Assembly (NCBI GenBank): GCA_964534955.1
Contig: CAZHRR010000003.1
Coordinates: 1 to 41,227 of the forward strand
Source of the DNA: an uncultured bacterium
Lineage (GTDB): Bacteria > Fidelibacterota > Marinisomatia > Marinisomatales > UBA2128
Length of the DNA: 41,227 nucleotides
Direction: 5' to 3'
In this document: positions 29,867-38,946 of the stretch, one piece after another
How positions within the stretch are numbered: the stretch's first letter is position 1
Layout of the letters: every line of letters begins with the position of its first letter
The notes under the pieces: model-generated
What the model was told of the DNA's origin: nothing
Databases searched by the model: none
What the model saw: the letters and a program-made list of their open reading frames with translations, nothing else
Made by a program: the position numbers and the translations under genes

Positions 29867-30261
29867 TGAAATCATTTCATCTGGAAATTGTAACACCTGA
29901 TGAACTCCGCGATAAGGGAGAAGTGACTTATGTCCGCTGTCCGGGGATGGATGGACTTTTTGGTGTCATGGGCGGGCATATCCCGGCTCTCATCGCGTTA
30001 ACTACTGGGGAGATCAAGGTCACTAAGGGGGGTAAGGATATTTTCTATGCTACTAGCGGCGGATATGCTGATATCTCAGCTGAGAAGGTTGAGCTTTTAG
30101 TGGAGACAGTAGAGCGGGCAGATGAAATTGATGTTGCACGAGCTAAAGCAGCTCGAGAAAGGGCGAAGGAGCATCTGTCAAAAGGCGATGTGGATTACAT
30201 TCAGGCGAAGGCAAAGGTGGAACGGGCGGCAAATCGTCTGGAAGTGGCAAAAAGACATTGA
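29866..30261 (+). CDS. atpC: F0F1 ATP synthase subunit epsilon
   Basis: LEIVTP, G.FGVM.GH.P and EID..RA..A..RA motifs. Confidence 0.96.
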
Positions 30262-30321
30262 CTATTTTCCTGCGCTGCAGAAACTCCTTCGTCCTTTTAA
30301 ATAGCAGAGACAAATTTTAAC

Positions 30322-32091
30322 ATGTTTAAGCGCACTCATACTTGCGGCGAACTCCGGTCTTCAGACATTGGCAGCAAAGTGAATCTGAACGGTTGGGTCT
30401 CTACCACCCGGGATCACGGCGGGCTCATCTTCGTAGATGTCCGTGACCGTTATGGAATCACACAGATTACGTTCAACGAAGAATCACATGCTGAGCAGTT
30501 CACCGTTGGTAGAAAGCTGTCTATTGAAGATGTCGTTTCGGTTCGCGGCACTGTTCAACCCAGGAAGAAAGGGGCAGTGAGGAGAAATCTTCCCACTGGT
30601 GAGATCGAAGTAGAAGTAGTGGAGATCGAAGTACTTTGTGAGACAGCTCCTCTTCCATTTGTGGTCAGTGACCGGGAAAGCGCCAGCGAGGATTTTCGGC
30701 TGAAGTACCGCTATTTGGAACTGCGGACGAAAGAGCTTCAGCACTACATGGATATCCGGCATAGAGCGTCTCAAGAGGTGCGGAGCTATCTTTCCAGCGA
30801 GGGTTTCATGGAGATCGAGACGCCGTTTCTCATGCGTTCCTCTCCGGAAGGTGCCCGGGACTACCTGGTGCCTAGCCGCATCCACAAAGGGAGATTTTAT
30901 GCATTGCCGCAGTCACCGCAGACATACAAACAGCTGTTGATGATCTCCGGATTTGACTGCTACTTCCAGATAGTCCGGTGCTTCCGGGATGAAGACCTTC
31001 GTGCGGATCGTCAGCCTGAGTTTACTCAGATTGATCTGGAGATGTCGTTTATTGATGAGGACGATATCCGGGAGGCTGTGGAAGGCCTTGTCCGGCATGT
31101 CTTCCGGGAAGTGATAAATGTGGAACTGTTTGAAGACTTTCCTGTGATGGCTTACGAAGAAGCGCTGGAGATGTACGGCACGGACCGGCCGGATATTCGT
31201 TTCGGCTTACCGCTGATAGATTTTGCGGAGTACGGTGCCGCTTCTGAGTTTAAGGCGATGCACGATGCAGAATGCGTTAAGGCGATTGTCATCGATGACG
31301 GCAGTAGCTACTCGCGGAAAGTGATAGACGGGCTTACAGATTTTGTGAAGGACTACTCAGCTCAGGAAGGAAAGGCAGCGCTGGGAGGACTGGCGTGGAT
31401 GCGCTTGAAAACCAGCGAGTTTTCCGGAGGTGTGAGCAAGTTTTTCGGCAAGGAATTACAGCAAAGGATTATCTCTGATCTGAAGCTTAAGGATGGCGCT
31501 CTCATCCTGGCGGCGGCAGGGGAACACTCCACTGTTCTGGCGACTATGGGAGCACTCCGGTTGGAGATTGCCAAAAGGGATGACCTGATTTCCAATGGTG
31601 AGTATCAACCTGTCTGGATAATGGAATTCCCTCAGTTTGAGAAGGACGAGAAGACCGGGCAGTGGACATTTCTGCACCATCCGTTCACTTCGCCACGGGA
31701 GGAAGATCTAGAGCTGTTGGAGAATGATCCCGAAGCGGTGAAATCTCGGGCCTACGACTTGGTCATCAATGGCTATGAAATAGCCGGCGGCTCCATCAGG
31801 AATCACAATCCAAAAGTACAGATGAAGATCTTTGAAATCTTGGGCATGTCGAAAGAGGAAGCCACTGAGAAGTTCGGCTTTTTACTGGAGGCGCTTACTT
31901 ACGGTGCTCCGCCTCACGGCGGCATTGCCTTCGGGTATGACCGCTTCGTTATGCTTCTGGCAGGGACTCACCAGATCCGGGACGTTATCGCCTTCCCCAA
32001 GACCACAAGCGCCCTCAGTCTTATGGACGGTTCACCCAGCGAAGTTGCTAAAGAGCAGCTGGACGAGCTGGGGATTCAGCTGAAGAAATAA
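30322..32091 (+). CDS. aspS: Aspartate--tRNA ligase (probably non-discriminating Asp/Asn type)
   Basis: RTHTCGEL, RDHGG, ALPQSPQ, FRDEDLRADRQPEF and GAPPHGG motifs. Confidence 0.97.
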   Translation: MFKRTHTCGELRSSDIGSKVNLNGWVSTTRDHGGLIFVDVRDRYGITQITFNEESHAEQFTVGRKLSIEDVVSVRGTVQPRKKGAVRRNLPTGEIEVEVVEIEVLCETAPLPFVVSDRESASEDFRLKYRYLELRTKELQHYMDIRHRASQEVRSYLSSEGFMEIETPFLMRSSPEGARDYLVPSRIHKGRFYALPQSPQTYKQLLMISGFDCYFQIVRCFRDEDLRADRQPEFTQIDLEMSFIDEDDIREAVEGLVRHVFREVINVELFEDFPVMAYEEALEMYGTDRPDIRFGLPLIDFAEYGAASEFKAMHDAECVKAIVIDDGSSYSRKVIDGLTDFVKDYSAQEGKAALGGLAWMRLKTSEFSGGVSKFFGKELQQRIISDLKLKDGALILAAAGEHSTVLATMGALRLEIAKRDDLISNGEYQPVWIMEFPQFEKDEKTGQWTFLHHPFTSPREEDLELLENDPEAVKSRAYDLVINGYEIAGGSIRNHNPKVQMKIFEILGMSKEEATEKFGFLLEALTYGAPPHGGIAFGYDRFVMLLAGTHQIRDVIAFPKTTSALSLMDGSPSEVAKEQLDELGIQLKK

Positions 32092-32105
32092 CACCTGTAA
32101 GTCAG

Positions 32106-32780
32106 ATGAACATTTTCATCACTGGCGCAAACCGTGGGCTCGGATTGGGATTTGTACAGCACTATGCGAACCGTGGTGACAACATTATTGCAGGGTGTCG
32201 TATTCCAGAACAAGCCGTCGAATTAAAGGAACTGGTTCCCAAGGAACATATTATTCGGATAGATGTGGCTGATCCTGAGTCCATTGCCCAAACCGTAGGA
32301 AGAGTCAGGGAGCTAGTAAATCGACTGGATATCCTCATCAATAACGCGGGGGTGGGTGAGGATACCAGTGCTGAACTTCCCTCATTTGACGATCTTATCC
32401 GTACATACTCTACGAATGCCATTGGTCCGGTGTTGCTGACAAAGCAGCTTAAGACGCTCCTGTCGAAAGGGTCGAAAGTGGTAAATGTCACTTCCCGCAT
32501 GGGTTCTATCGCTGACAATACTTCCGGCGGTTACTACGACTACAGGATGAGCAAGGCAGCTCTTAACATGGCCACGAAGAATCTCCACCTTGAGCAGTAC
32601 CAGCACGGGGTTATCGTGTTCGCAATTCACCCCGGCTGGGTACGGACCGATATGGGAGGGGCCAGTGCTCTCCTCAGCGTTGAGGAGTCGGTAAGAGGGA
32701 TGGTGCAGGTCATTGACACTGCCAGTACTGAGGTCGGAGGTACCTTCCTTGGATACGATGGCGAAGAGATTCCTTGGTGA
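32106..32780 (+). CDS. SDR family oxidoreductase (CsgA/C-factor-like)
   Basis: TGANRGLG, NNAG, YRMSK and HPGWVRTDMGG motifs. Confidence 0.92.
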   Translation: MNIFITGANRGLGLGFVQHYANRGDNIIAGCRIPEQAVELKELVPKEHIIRIDVADPESIAQTVGRVRELVNRLDILINNAGVGEDTSAELPSFDDLIRTYSTNAIGPVLLTKQLKTLLSKGSKVVNVTSRMGSIADNTSGGYYDYRMSKAALNMATKNLHLEQYQHGVIVFAIHPGWVRTDMGGASALLSVEESVRGMVQVIDTASTEVGGTFLGYDGEEIPW

Positions 32781-32841
32781 TTTGGGCAGAGTATTATATC
32801 CATGTTTATCTGTGTACATCTGTGGATAAATTCGCTTTGAT

Positions 32842-32859
32842 ATGAATATCACTCCCATT
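32842..32859 (+). repeat. Orphan duplicate of the first six codons of the sirtuin gene (MNITPI)
   Basis: ATG AAT ATC ACT CCC ATT versus TTG AAT ATC ACA CCT ATA at 34036..34053. Confidence 0.6.
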
Positions 32860-33018
32860 TCAAGAGGCAACACAGATAATAAACCTCCACATCAACAACG
32901 TTACAAAGAAGGATAACTTGAGAATAGGTGGACTTCTGAGGAATACTTGATAGTTCGAAAGTATAAGGGAGAATTCGATAGAACCTGAAATATTGGGCTT
33001 GAAGTATGGGTAAAATCT

Positions 33019-34029
33019 ATGGTGGATAAACAGACAGATATTGTCATCTATAAATCCAGAGGTGTTGAACCAACCTTGGAAGTAAACCTTACAGAAGACA
33101 CCGTTTGGTTGAATCAGCAACAGGTTAGCAAACTCTTTCAGGCTGAACGGAGTGTCATTGCAAAGCATATCAATAATATTTACAAAACAGGGGAATTAAA
33201 GCGTACAGCAACTTGTGCAAAATTTGCACAAGTTCAAATAGAAGGTGGAAGATTGGTCCAACGACTTATATTGCACTACAATTTAGATATGATCATTTCA
33301 GTGGGCTACCGGGTTAATTCCAAAGTTGCAACTCACTTCCGTATCTGGGCCACAAATGTGTTAAGAGACTATACTGTCAGAGGTTATGCGCTGAATAAAC
33401 AGAGACTACAAGAACGGGAGCGGGGACTTGATGAGTTGACCCAGAGTATAAAACTGATACAGTCAGTAGCCGAAACACGACAGCTTTCCCAGACCGAAAC
33501 CCGGGGATTACTTCAGGTCATTTCCGATTATGCCTATGGCCTGAAGACCCTGGATGATTTTGATCGTCGAAGTCTGACCATTCAGGATACTCACGAGGAG
33601 GTCAAGTTTGTTCTCGATTATGAAACCACCAGGAAAAGCATTGATGAAATGACTATCCAACTTAAGAAGTCTGGGGAAGAGGTGAGTCTGTTTGGCGTAG
33701 AAAAGGACTATTCGCTTAAAGGTTCGCTGAGATCCATCTACCAGACAGTAGGGGGTAAGGATGCCTACCCCAGTGTGGAAGAAAAGGCGGCACATTTACT
33801 TTACTTTGTTATCAAGAACCACCCCTTTGTGGATGGGAACAAGCGGGTCGGTGCCTCCCTCTTTCTCTGGTTTCTCGACCGAAATAGTTGCCTTTATAGG
33901 AAAGATGGTAGCAAACGGATTGCTGATAACGCTCTAGTAGCCCTCACACTGATGGTAGCCCAGAGTATCCCGGAAGAAAAAGAGCTTATCGTGAAAGTCA
34001 TTGTTAATTTAATTAACAGGGAGAATTGA
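33019..34029 (+). CDS. RhuM-like N-terminal domain plus Fic/Doc domain protein
   Basis: TVWL.Q and YNLDMIISVGYRVNS..AT.FR.WAT (RhuM); HPFVDGNKR (Fic/Doc). Confidence 0.9.
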   Translation: MVDKQTDIVIYKSRGVEPTLEVNLTEDTVWLNQQQVSKLFQAERSVIAKHINNIYKTGELKRTATCAKFAQVQIEGGRLVQRLILHYNLDMIISVGYRVNSKVATHFRIWATNVLRDYTVRGYALNKQRLQERERGLDELTQSIKLIQSVAETRQLSQTETRGLLQVISDYAYGLKTLDDFDRRSLTIQDTHEEVKFVLDYETTRKSIDEMTIQLKKSGEEVSLFGVEKDYSLKGSLRSIYQTVGGKDAYPSVEEKAAHLLYFVIKNHPFVDGNKRVGASLFLWFLDRNSCLYRKDGSKRIADNALVALTLMVAQSIPEEKELIVKVIVNLINREN

Positions 34030-34035
34030 ATAGTT

Positions 34036-34755
34036 TTGAATATCACACCTATAGACCCCGCCGATTATGATCATATTGTCTTTTTCACCGGTGCAGGAAT
34101 GTCGGCAGAATCGGGAGTGCCAACTTATCGCGGTTCAGGCGGTATCTGGCATGAGTACCGGTGGGAAGATTATGCCTGTCAAGAGGCGTGGGAGCGGAAT
34201 CCGGAAAAGGTTTTTGATTTTCACGATGAGCGGCGGAAGGAAGCGCTGAAGTGTGATCCCCACTCTGGGCACGAGGTGATTGCACGGCTTGAACAAAATC
34301 ACCAGGATGTAACAGTAGTCACGCAAAATATTGATGGTATGCATCAGCGGGCCGGCTCCCGGAAAGTGATCGAACTTCACGGCAGTATCTGGCGGGTACG
34401 CTGTGAGCAGGAAGGAGTTGTTCGTGAGGATGCTAATCCCGGATTGTACACTTCACGTAAATGTGACTGCGGAGCCTGGCTTCGACCGGATGTAATATGG
34501 TTCAGTGACTACCTGAATCCCGACACTTTACGCCAAGCCGATGAAGTTATTTCCAAGGCAAATCTGTTCATCTCTATCGGTACATCCGGAGTGGTATGGC
34601 CAGCAGCCGGTTATCCCCAGTTGGCAAAGTCCTCGGGTGCTGCATTAGTGGAGATTAATCCCGAACCTTCGGATCTGAGCGGGTTCTATGATCGGGTGAT
34701 AAGGGGAAAAGCTGGGGAAGTGCTGGGGAAGTTGTTCTTATTCGCTGGCGATTGA
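34036..34755 (+). CDS. cobB: NAD-dependent protein deacylase (CobB/Sir2 family)
   Basis: TGAGMSAESGVPTYRG, TQNIDGMHQRAG, ELHGS, LRPDVIWF, GTSGVVWPAA and EIN motifs. Confidence 0.92.
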   Translation: MNITPIDPADYDHIVFFTGAGMSAESGVPTYRGSGGIWHEYRWEDYACQEAWERNPEKVFDFHDERRKEALKCDPHSGHEVIARLEQNHQDVTVVTQNIDGMHQRAGSRKVIELHGSIWRVRCEQEGVVREDANPGLYTSRKCDCGAWLRPDVIWFSDYLNPDTLRQADEVISKANLFISIGTSGVVWPAAGYPQLAKSSGAALVEINPEPSDLSGFYDRVIRGKAGEVLGKLFLFAGD

Positions 34756-34937
34756 ATTTAGAGAAATCGAAGACAGAGATTCTCGAGATGTTCCTTGTCA
34801 GCCTCATCAAAATGTATTTCCAGTTATAACCAAGCAGTGCTTCGGGAGTGATAATGATCTCTCTGAAGGTATCTTCTTTATTCATTTCCCTCAATAGTAG
34901 ACCTTGATACTTAACTTTATCCATTATATGCTGGAAT

Positions 34938-34973
34938 AAAAAAACCGCCCCGGTATGGAAACGTCCAGGGCGG
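34938..34973 (-). terminator. Rho-independent terminator
   Basis: Minus strand reads CCGCCCTGG-N11-CCGGGGCGG followed by T7. Confidence 0.8.
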
Positions 34974-35022
34974 CAAGGGCTTTCATAGGGGTCATAAGTG
35001 GAGGGTTGGGGTGAAAGCCCTT
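34938..35022 (-). ncRNA. Candidate small RNA: 11-bp stem with C-rich loop, then a terminator (5' end unknown)
   Basis: AAGGGCTTTCA (34975-34985) and TGAAAGCCCTT (35012-35022) form a perfect inverted repeat; the minus-strand loop is CCCCAACCCTCCACTTATGACCCCTA. Confidence 0.45.
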
Positions 35023-35175
35023 CAGAAGTCTTTGAATTGACTATTTTCTAATTACAATTTTCCATTTTATCCATTGTATCCTACAGCAGTTGGAGCAGTA
35101 GGACCGCTCAACAATCACTAGTTACCAATCATTTATCCATCGTAATAACGGCAGGAATGTAGATGGACCACTCAT

Positions 35176-35213
35176 CGAAGCGAAGCGAAGATCCCGCACA
35201 TAAAGTGTCGGGA
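35176..35213. repeat. REP-like element just after the fadN stop: (CGAAG)x3 plus hairpin
   Basis: CGAAG x3 at 35176-35190; TCCCGCAC-ATAAA-GTGTCGGGA stem with one bulge. Confidence 0.5.
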
Positions 35214-35218
35214 CCAGA

Positions 35219-37552
35219 TCAGTTCCTAAGCGGTTTCCCCTTTTTCAACATGTGTCGGATTCGGTCGTGCGTCTTTTTTTCTCCGCAAAGTGACAGAAAT
35301 ATTTCCCGTTCGATATCGAGAAGATACTGCTCATCAACCGGCTTGGTGGGACCGCCTTTGTCACCACCCGTTACCACATAAGCCAGCTTCTTGGCGATGA
35401 ACTCATCGTGAGCTGATATCTTCCCCTGCATTTTAAATCCCTTTAGAGTCACCTTCATGGCGGTCCTGCCGCCCTTGCCGGCCAGCTTGATGTCTTCCCT
35501 GTAATCAGGTGCTTGGTAGCTGTCCACCATTTCCAGTGCTGCTTCTTTCGCCCGGTGGAGCAGATGCTCACGGTTGAGAACGATTTCGTCGTCCGGTCGC
35601 AGGTAGTGAAGCTTCTTGGCATGGGCGGCTGACATGGCAACTTTAGCAAAGCCAATTGTCTCCAGCGCCTTCTGGGAAATCTGGAACGGAGACAATTTTT
35701 TGGGACTATCATCCGTCAGGTGGAGAATGACTCGAAGGTTCCCAGCGGCTCCCGGGATGAGACCTACGCCCACTTCAACCAGTCCGCAGTAGAGTTCAGC
35801 TGAAGCCACACGCTTGTCGGCTGGACCCATCAACTCATAGCCTCCTCCCAGAGCCAGACCGAAAGGAGCTGCAATCACCGGAGCATTGATGAAGCGCATC
35901 CTCTGAGTCATGTCCTGGAGCATTTTGATTATGTCGCCGAGTTTTTCCCAATTGGCTTCCTCGCAGAACTGCAAGATCAGTTTCAGGTTAGCGCCGGCAC
36001 AGAAGTTCGCTCCACCGTGATTTAGGGTAAGCGCCTTGTACTTGCCGGCTTCTACCAGGTTGAGACCGTCGATAATGGTCTCTGCCACCGAGGTGTCAAT
36101 GGGGTTCATCACAGGCTGAAGGATGGAGTGGAACTCCACGTTCAAAACGCCGTCACCCAAGTCCACAAGTGAGGCGCTCCAGTCTTTTTTCACTACGTTT
36201 CCTTTAGATTTCTTAATGGAGAGGTTGATGGTCTTCTCACTTTGGAGTATTTCAGCAGGAGCCTTGTCTGGGATATTATAGTAGGTTTTGACTCCGTCGC
36301 TGATCTCGTAGAAGCTTTTACGGCCGGAAGCGATCATCTCTTCGACCCATGCTGGAACTTTTTTTCCTTCTTCCTTCATCTTGGAGAGAGACTTTTCGAC
36401 ACCAATGGCATCCCAGGTCTCGAAGGGGCCTATCTCCCAGCCAAATCCCCATTTCATAGCGTTGTCTACATTAATGATATCATCTGAGATTTCGGGTATC
36501 CGGTTAGCAGAGTAGATAAGCGTCCGCGAGAGGAGTTCCCAGAATAACTTGCCGGCCTTGTCATCACTCCACGCCATGGCTCTGATTTTACCCGGAAGCA
36601 GAGTTTGGTCTTTAGCTAGACGGAAGCCATCGAAGCGAACCCGCTTTTGAGGAGTGTACTCCATGCTTTTGAAATCGAGTGATAGAATACCTTCTTCGGT
36701 TTTTTTGTAGAAACCGGCTTTTGATTTCTGTCCTAATCTGTCATCTTCTACCAGCTTGGCGAGCACCTCAGGGACTTGGAACATGTCCCGATCTTCGTCG
36801 TCTTCTCCTCTTTCGTAGGATGTATTAGTAACATGACTGAGGATGTCCAGACCGACCACGTCTGCCGTCCGGTATGTAGCGCTCTTAGGTCTGCCTACGA
36901 TGGTGCCGGTCAGCTTATCCACCTCTTCCACAGTAAGACCCATCTCTTCCGTGAGCTTCAATGTTGCCATCATGCCGTAGACACCGATTCGGTTGGCGAT
37001 AAAGTTGGGAGTATCTTTGGCGTAAACAAGTCCCTTGCCCAGGACGTCTTCCAGGAAGGTGACCATGGTCTGGACTACATCATCATCTGCCAGATCAGTG
37101 ATGATTTCCACCAATCGCAGGTAGCGAGGGGGATTAAAAAAGTGGGTCAGCATGAACCGTTTCCGGAGATTTTCCGGCAGTGCTTCGGCGATGCCGTGGA
37201 CAGAAAGACCGGATGTATTCGTGCTCAGGATGACGTTATCCTTTACATGCGGAATGATATTCTGGAACACCTTGTGTTTAATATCCATGTTCTCCGCCAC
37301 CGCTTCTACGATCCAGTCCGCATCGCCCAGCTTCTCCAGATCGTTGTCGTAGGTACACCCCTCGATGAGTGATGTATTCTTTTTATCGTAGAGTGGAGCA
37401 GGCTTGAGAGAAGTAAGGACGTTCAGCCCGTTCTTTACGAGCTCGTCGTTCAGGTCAAACATTAGAGCTGGGATGCCTGCGTTGGCACAATGTCCGGCAA
37501 TCTGGGCACCCATTGTTCCGGCACCTAATATTGCTACTTTTTCAATTTTCAT
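35219..37552 (-). CDS. fadN: 3-hydroxyacyl-CoA dehydrogenase/enoyl-CoA hydratase (FadN-like)
   Basis: GAGTMGAQIA, STNTSG, HFFNPPRY, FCAGANL, GLVEVGVGLIP and GKPLRN motifs. Confidence 0.92.
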   Translation of the reverse strand: MKIEKVAILGAGTMGAQIAGHCANAGIPALMFDLNDELVKNGLNVLTSLKPAPLYDKKNTSLIEGCTYDNDLEKLGDADWIVEAVAENMDIKHKVFQNIIPHVKDNVILSTNTSGLSVHGIAEALPENLRKRFMLTHFFNPPRYLRLVEIITDLADDDVVQTMVTFLEDVLGKGLVYAKDTPNFIANRIGVYGMMATLKLTEEMGLTVEEVDKLTGTIVGRPKSATYRTADVVGLDILSHVTNTSYERGEDDEDRDMFQVPEVLAKLVEDDRLGQKSKAGFYKKTEEGILSLDFKSMEYTPQKRVRFDGFRLAKDQTLLPGKIRAMAWSDDKAGKLFWELLSRTLIYSANRIPEISDDIINVDNAMKWGFGWEIGPFETWDAIGVEKSLSKMKEEGKKVPAWVEEMIASGRKSFYEISDGVKTYYNIPDKAPAEILQSEKTINLSIKKSKGNVVKKDWSASLVDLGDGVLNVEFHSILQPVMNPIDTSVAETIIDGLNLVEAGKYKALTLNHGGANFCAGANLKLILQFCEEANWEKLGDIIKMLQDMTQRMRFINAPVIAAPFGLALGGGYELMGPADKRVASAELYCGLVEVGVGLIPGAAGNLRVILHLTDDSPKKLSPFQISQKALETIGFAKVAMSAAHAKKLHYLRPDDEIVLNREHLLHRAKEAALEMVDSYQAPDYREDIKLAGKGGRTAMKVTLKGFKMQGKISAHDEFIAKKLAYVVTGGDKGGPTKPVDEQYLLDIEREIFLSLCGEKKTHDRIRHMLKKGKPLRN

Positions 37553-37665
37553 TATTTACCTTACCCTTTTTTTACTTGTCACATTTTTAAATCCAAAGCA
37601 TGTCTTTTTTTACATAAGCTTATTTATACCTTCGTCCATCTTTTTTACCACTCACCAGTTACCAC

Positions 37666-38802
37666 TCACTTTTTCCTTCTAATAATTGTAGCAATACCTT
37701 GTCCCGTTCCGATGCACATGGTGGCCAGACCTAATTCGCCATCATTCTGCTCAAGGACGTTCAGGAGAGTTGTGATTATTCGGAGGCCTGAGCACCCCAG
37801 CGGATGCCCCAATGCAACTGCACCTCCGTTGAGGTTAACTTTCTCCTCAGGGAATTTTCCCTCACGGATTACGTAGAGGGACTGAGCCGCAAAAGCTTCA
37901 TTTAACTCGATAGCGTCAATGTCATCAAAGGTGAGGCCTGCCTTCTCCAGTGCTTTCTTGCTGGCGGGAATAGGACCCTTACCCATCTCTTCCCACTCAA
38001 CTCCGGCGATAGACCGAGATACAATTTCCGCCCTGATGGTTAAGTTGTTCTTTTGTGCAAACTCCTCGCTGCAGATAATAGCTGCAACTGCACCGATAGA
38101 GATCGGCGAACTTGATGCAGCAGTCACTGTACCGTTCTCGATGAATGCGGGACCGAGGGAGCGGATCTTTTCTTCATTCGGCTCCATGGGACCTTCGTCC
38201 TTGGATACAACAGTGCCGTCGTCCAGCGTGATGGAGACTACTTCATTATCGAATTTACCGGACTTTTGAGCCGATAGTGCCTTCACGTGGGAGGCAATGG
38301 CAAATTTGTCCTGATCTTCCCGGGAGATGTTTCCTCCCTTTGCCAGATTTTCAGCTGTTTCACCCATTCCGATGTAGAAATTTCTCTCCGCCAGTTCTGG
38401 ATGGAAGTCAGGGACAAATCCACCCATTGGAACGCCGAACATATCTTCCGCTCCAACAGCGATGCCGACCTGAATATCTCCAACCATTATGGCCTGGCTA
38501 AGCTGGTGAAGAGCATCCATAGATGAACCGCAAAATCGGTTCACTACCTTACCGCCTGCTTCATTTGGAATTCCTGCCAGGATGGCCACAGAACGCCCCA
38601 TGAGCATCCCCTGAGGTCCTTCGGGAAAGGCACAGCCCAGCACTACGTCATCAATGGTTTCGGGAGAGAAATTAGGGTTTCGCTCCAGAAGTGCTTTAAT
38701 TACTTGAGCTGTCAGGTCATCGCTCCGGATGTTGTTTGGCATTTGACCCCGCTTTACCCCAATTGGGGAGCGGACGGCATCAATTATGACAGCTTTTTTC
38801 AT
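37666..38802 (-). CDS. fadA: Acetyl-CoA C-acyltransferase (thiolase)
   Basis: NRFCGSS, NEAFA, GHPLG and MCIGTGQG motifs. Confidence 0.93.
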   Translation of the reverse strand: MKKAVIIDAVRSPIGVKRGQMPNNIRSDDLTAQVIKALLERNPNFSPETIDDVVLGCAFPEGPQGMLMGRSVAILAGIPNEAGGKVVNRFCGSSMDALHQLSQAIMVGDIQVGIAVGAEDMFGVPMGGFVPDFHPELAERNFYIGMGETAENLAKGGNISREDQDKFAIASHVKALSAQKSGKFDNEVVSITLDDGTVVSKDEGPMEPNEEKIRSLGPAFIENGTVTAASSSPISIGAVAAIICSEEFAQKNNLTIRAEIVSRSIAGVEWEEMGKGPIPASKKALEKAGLTFDDIDAIELNEAFAAQSLYVIREGKFPEEKVNLNGGAVALGHPLGCSGLRIITTLLNVLEQNDGELGLATMCIGTGQGIATIIRRKK

Positions 38803-38946
38803 CTCAAACTCCTGTTTTTGTGTTGACGTGCTTCTCTATTAAGTAAAAACCTATCTATATCGAAATCGATTAGAAGAATTGGTTTTTGCTTGTGAGACAG
38901 GTTTTCATTTCTGACCTTATTTTTCTTAATCAGTTTCATTTTTCTC

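Noticed and set aside
32821-32829. Perfect DnaA box TGTGGATAA suggesting oriC
   Set aside because: It is a single copy overlapping a microrepeat, with no box cluster or dnaA nearby.
33019-34755. Fic + Sir2 as a two-gene defence system
   Set aside because: The sirtuin has ordinary CobB deacylase motifs rather than a defence SIR2 architecture, and the duplicated start suggests the Fic gene is an insertion.
34655-34924. 89-aa minus-strand ORF downstream of the terminator
   Set aside because: It overlaps the cobB 3' end and has no recognisable family; it may be a decayed fragment but cannot be supported.
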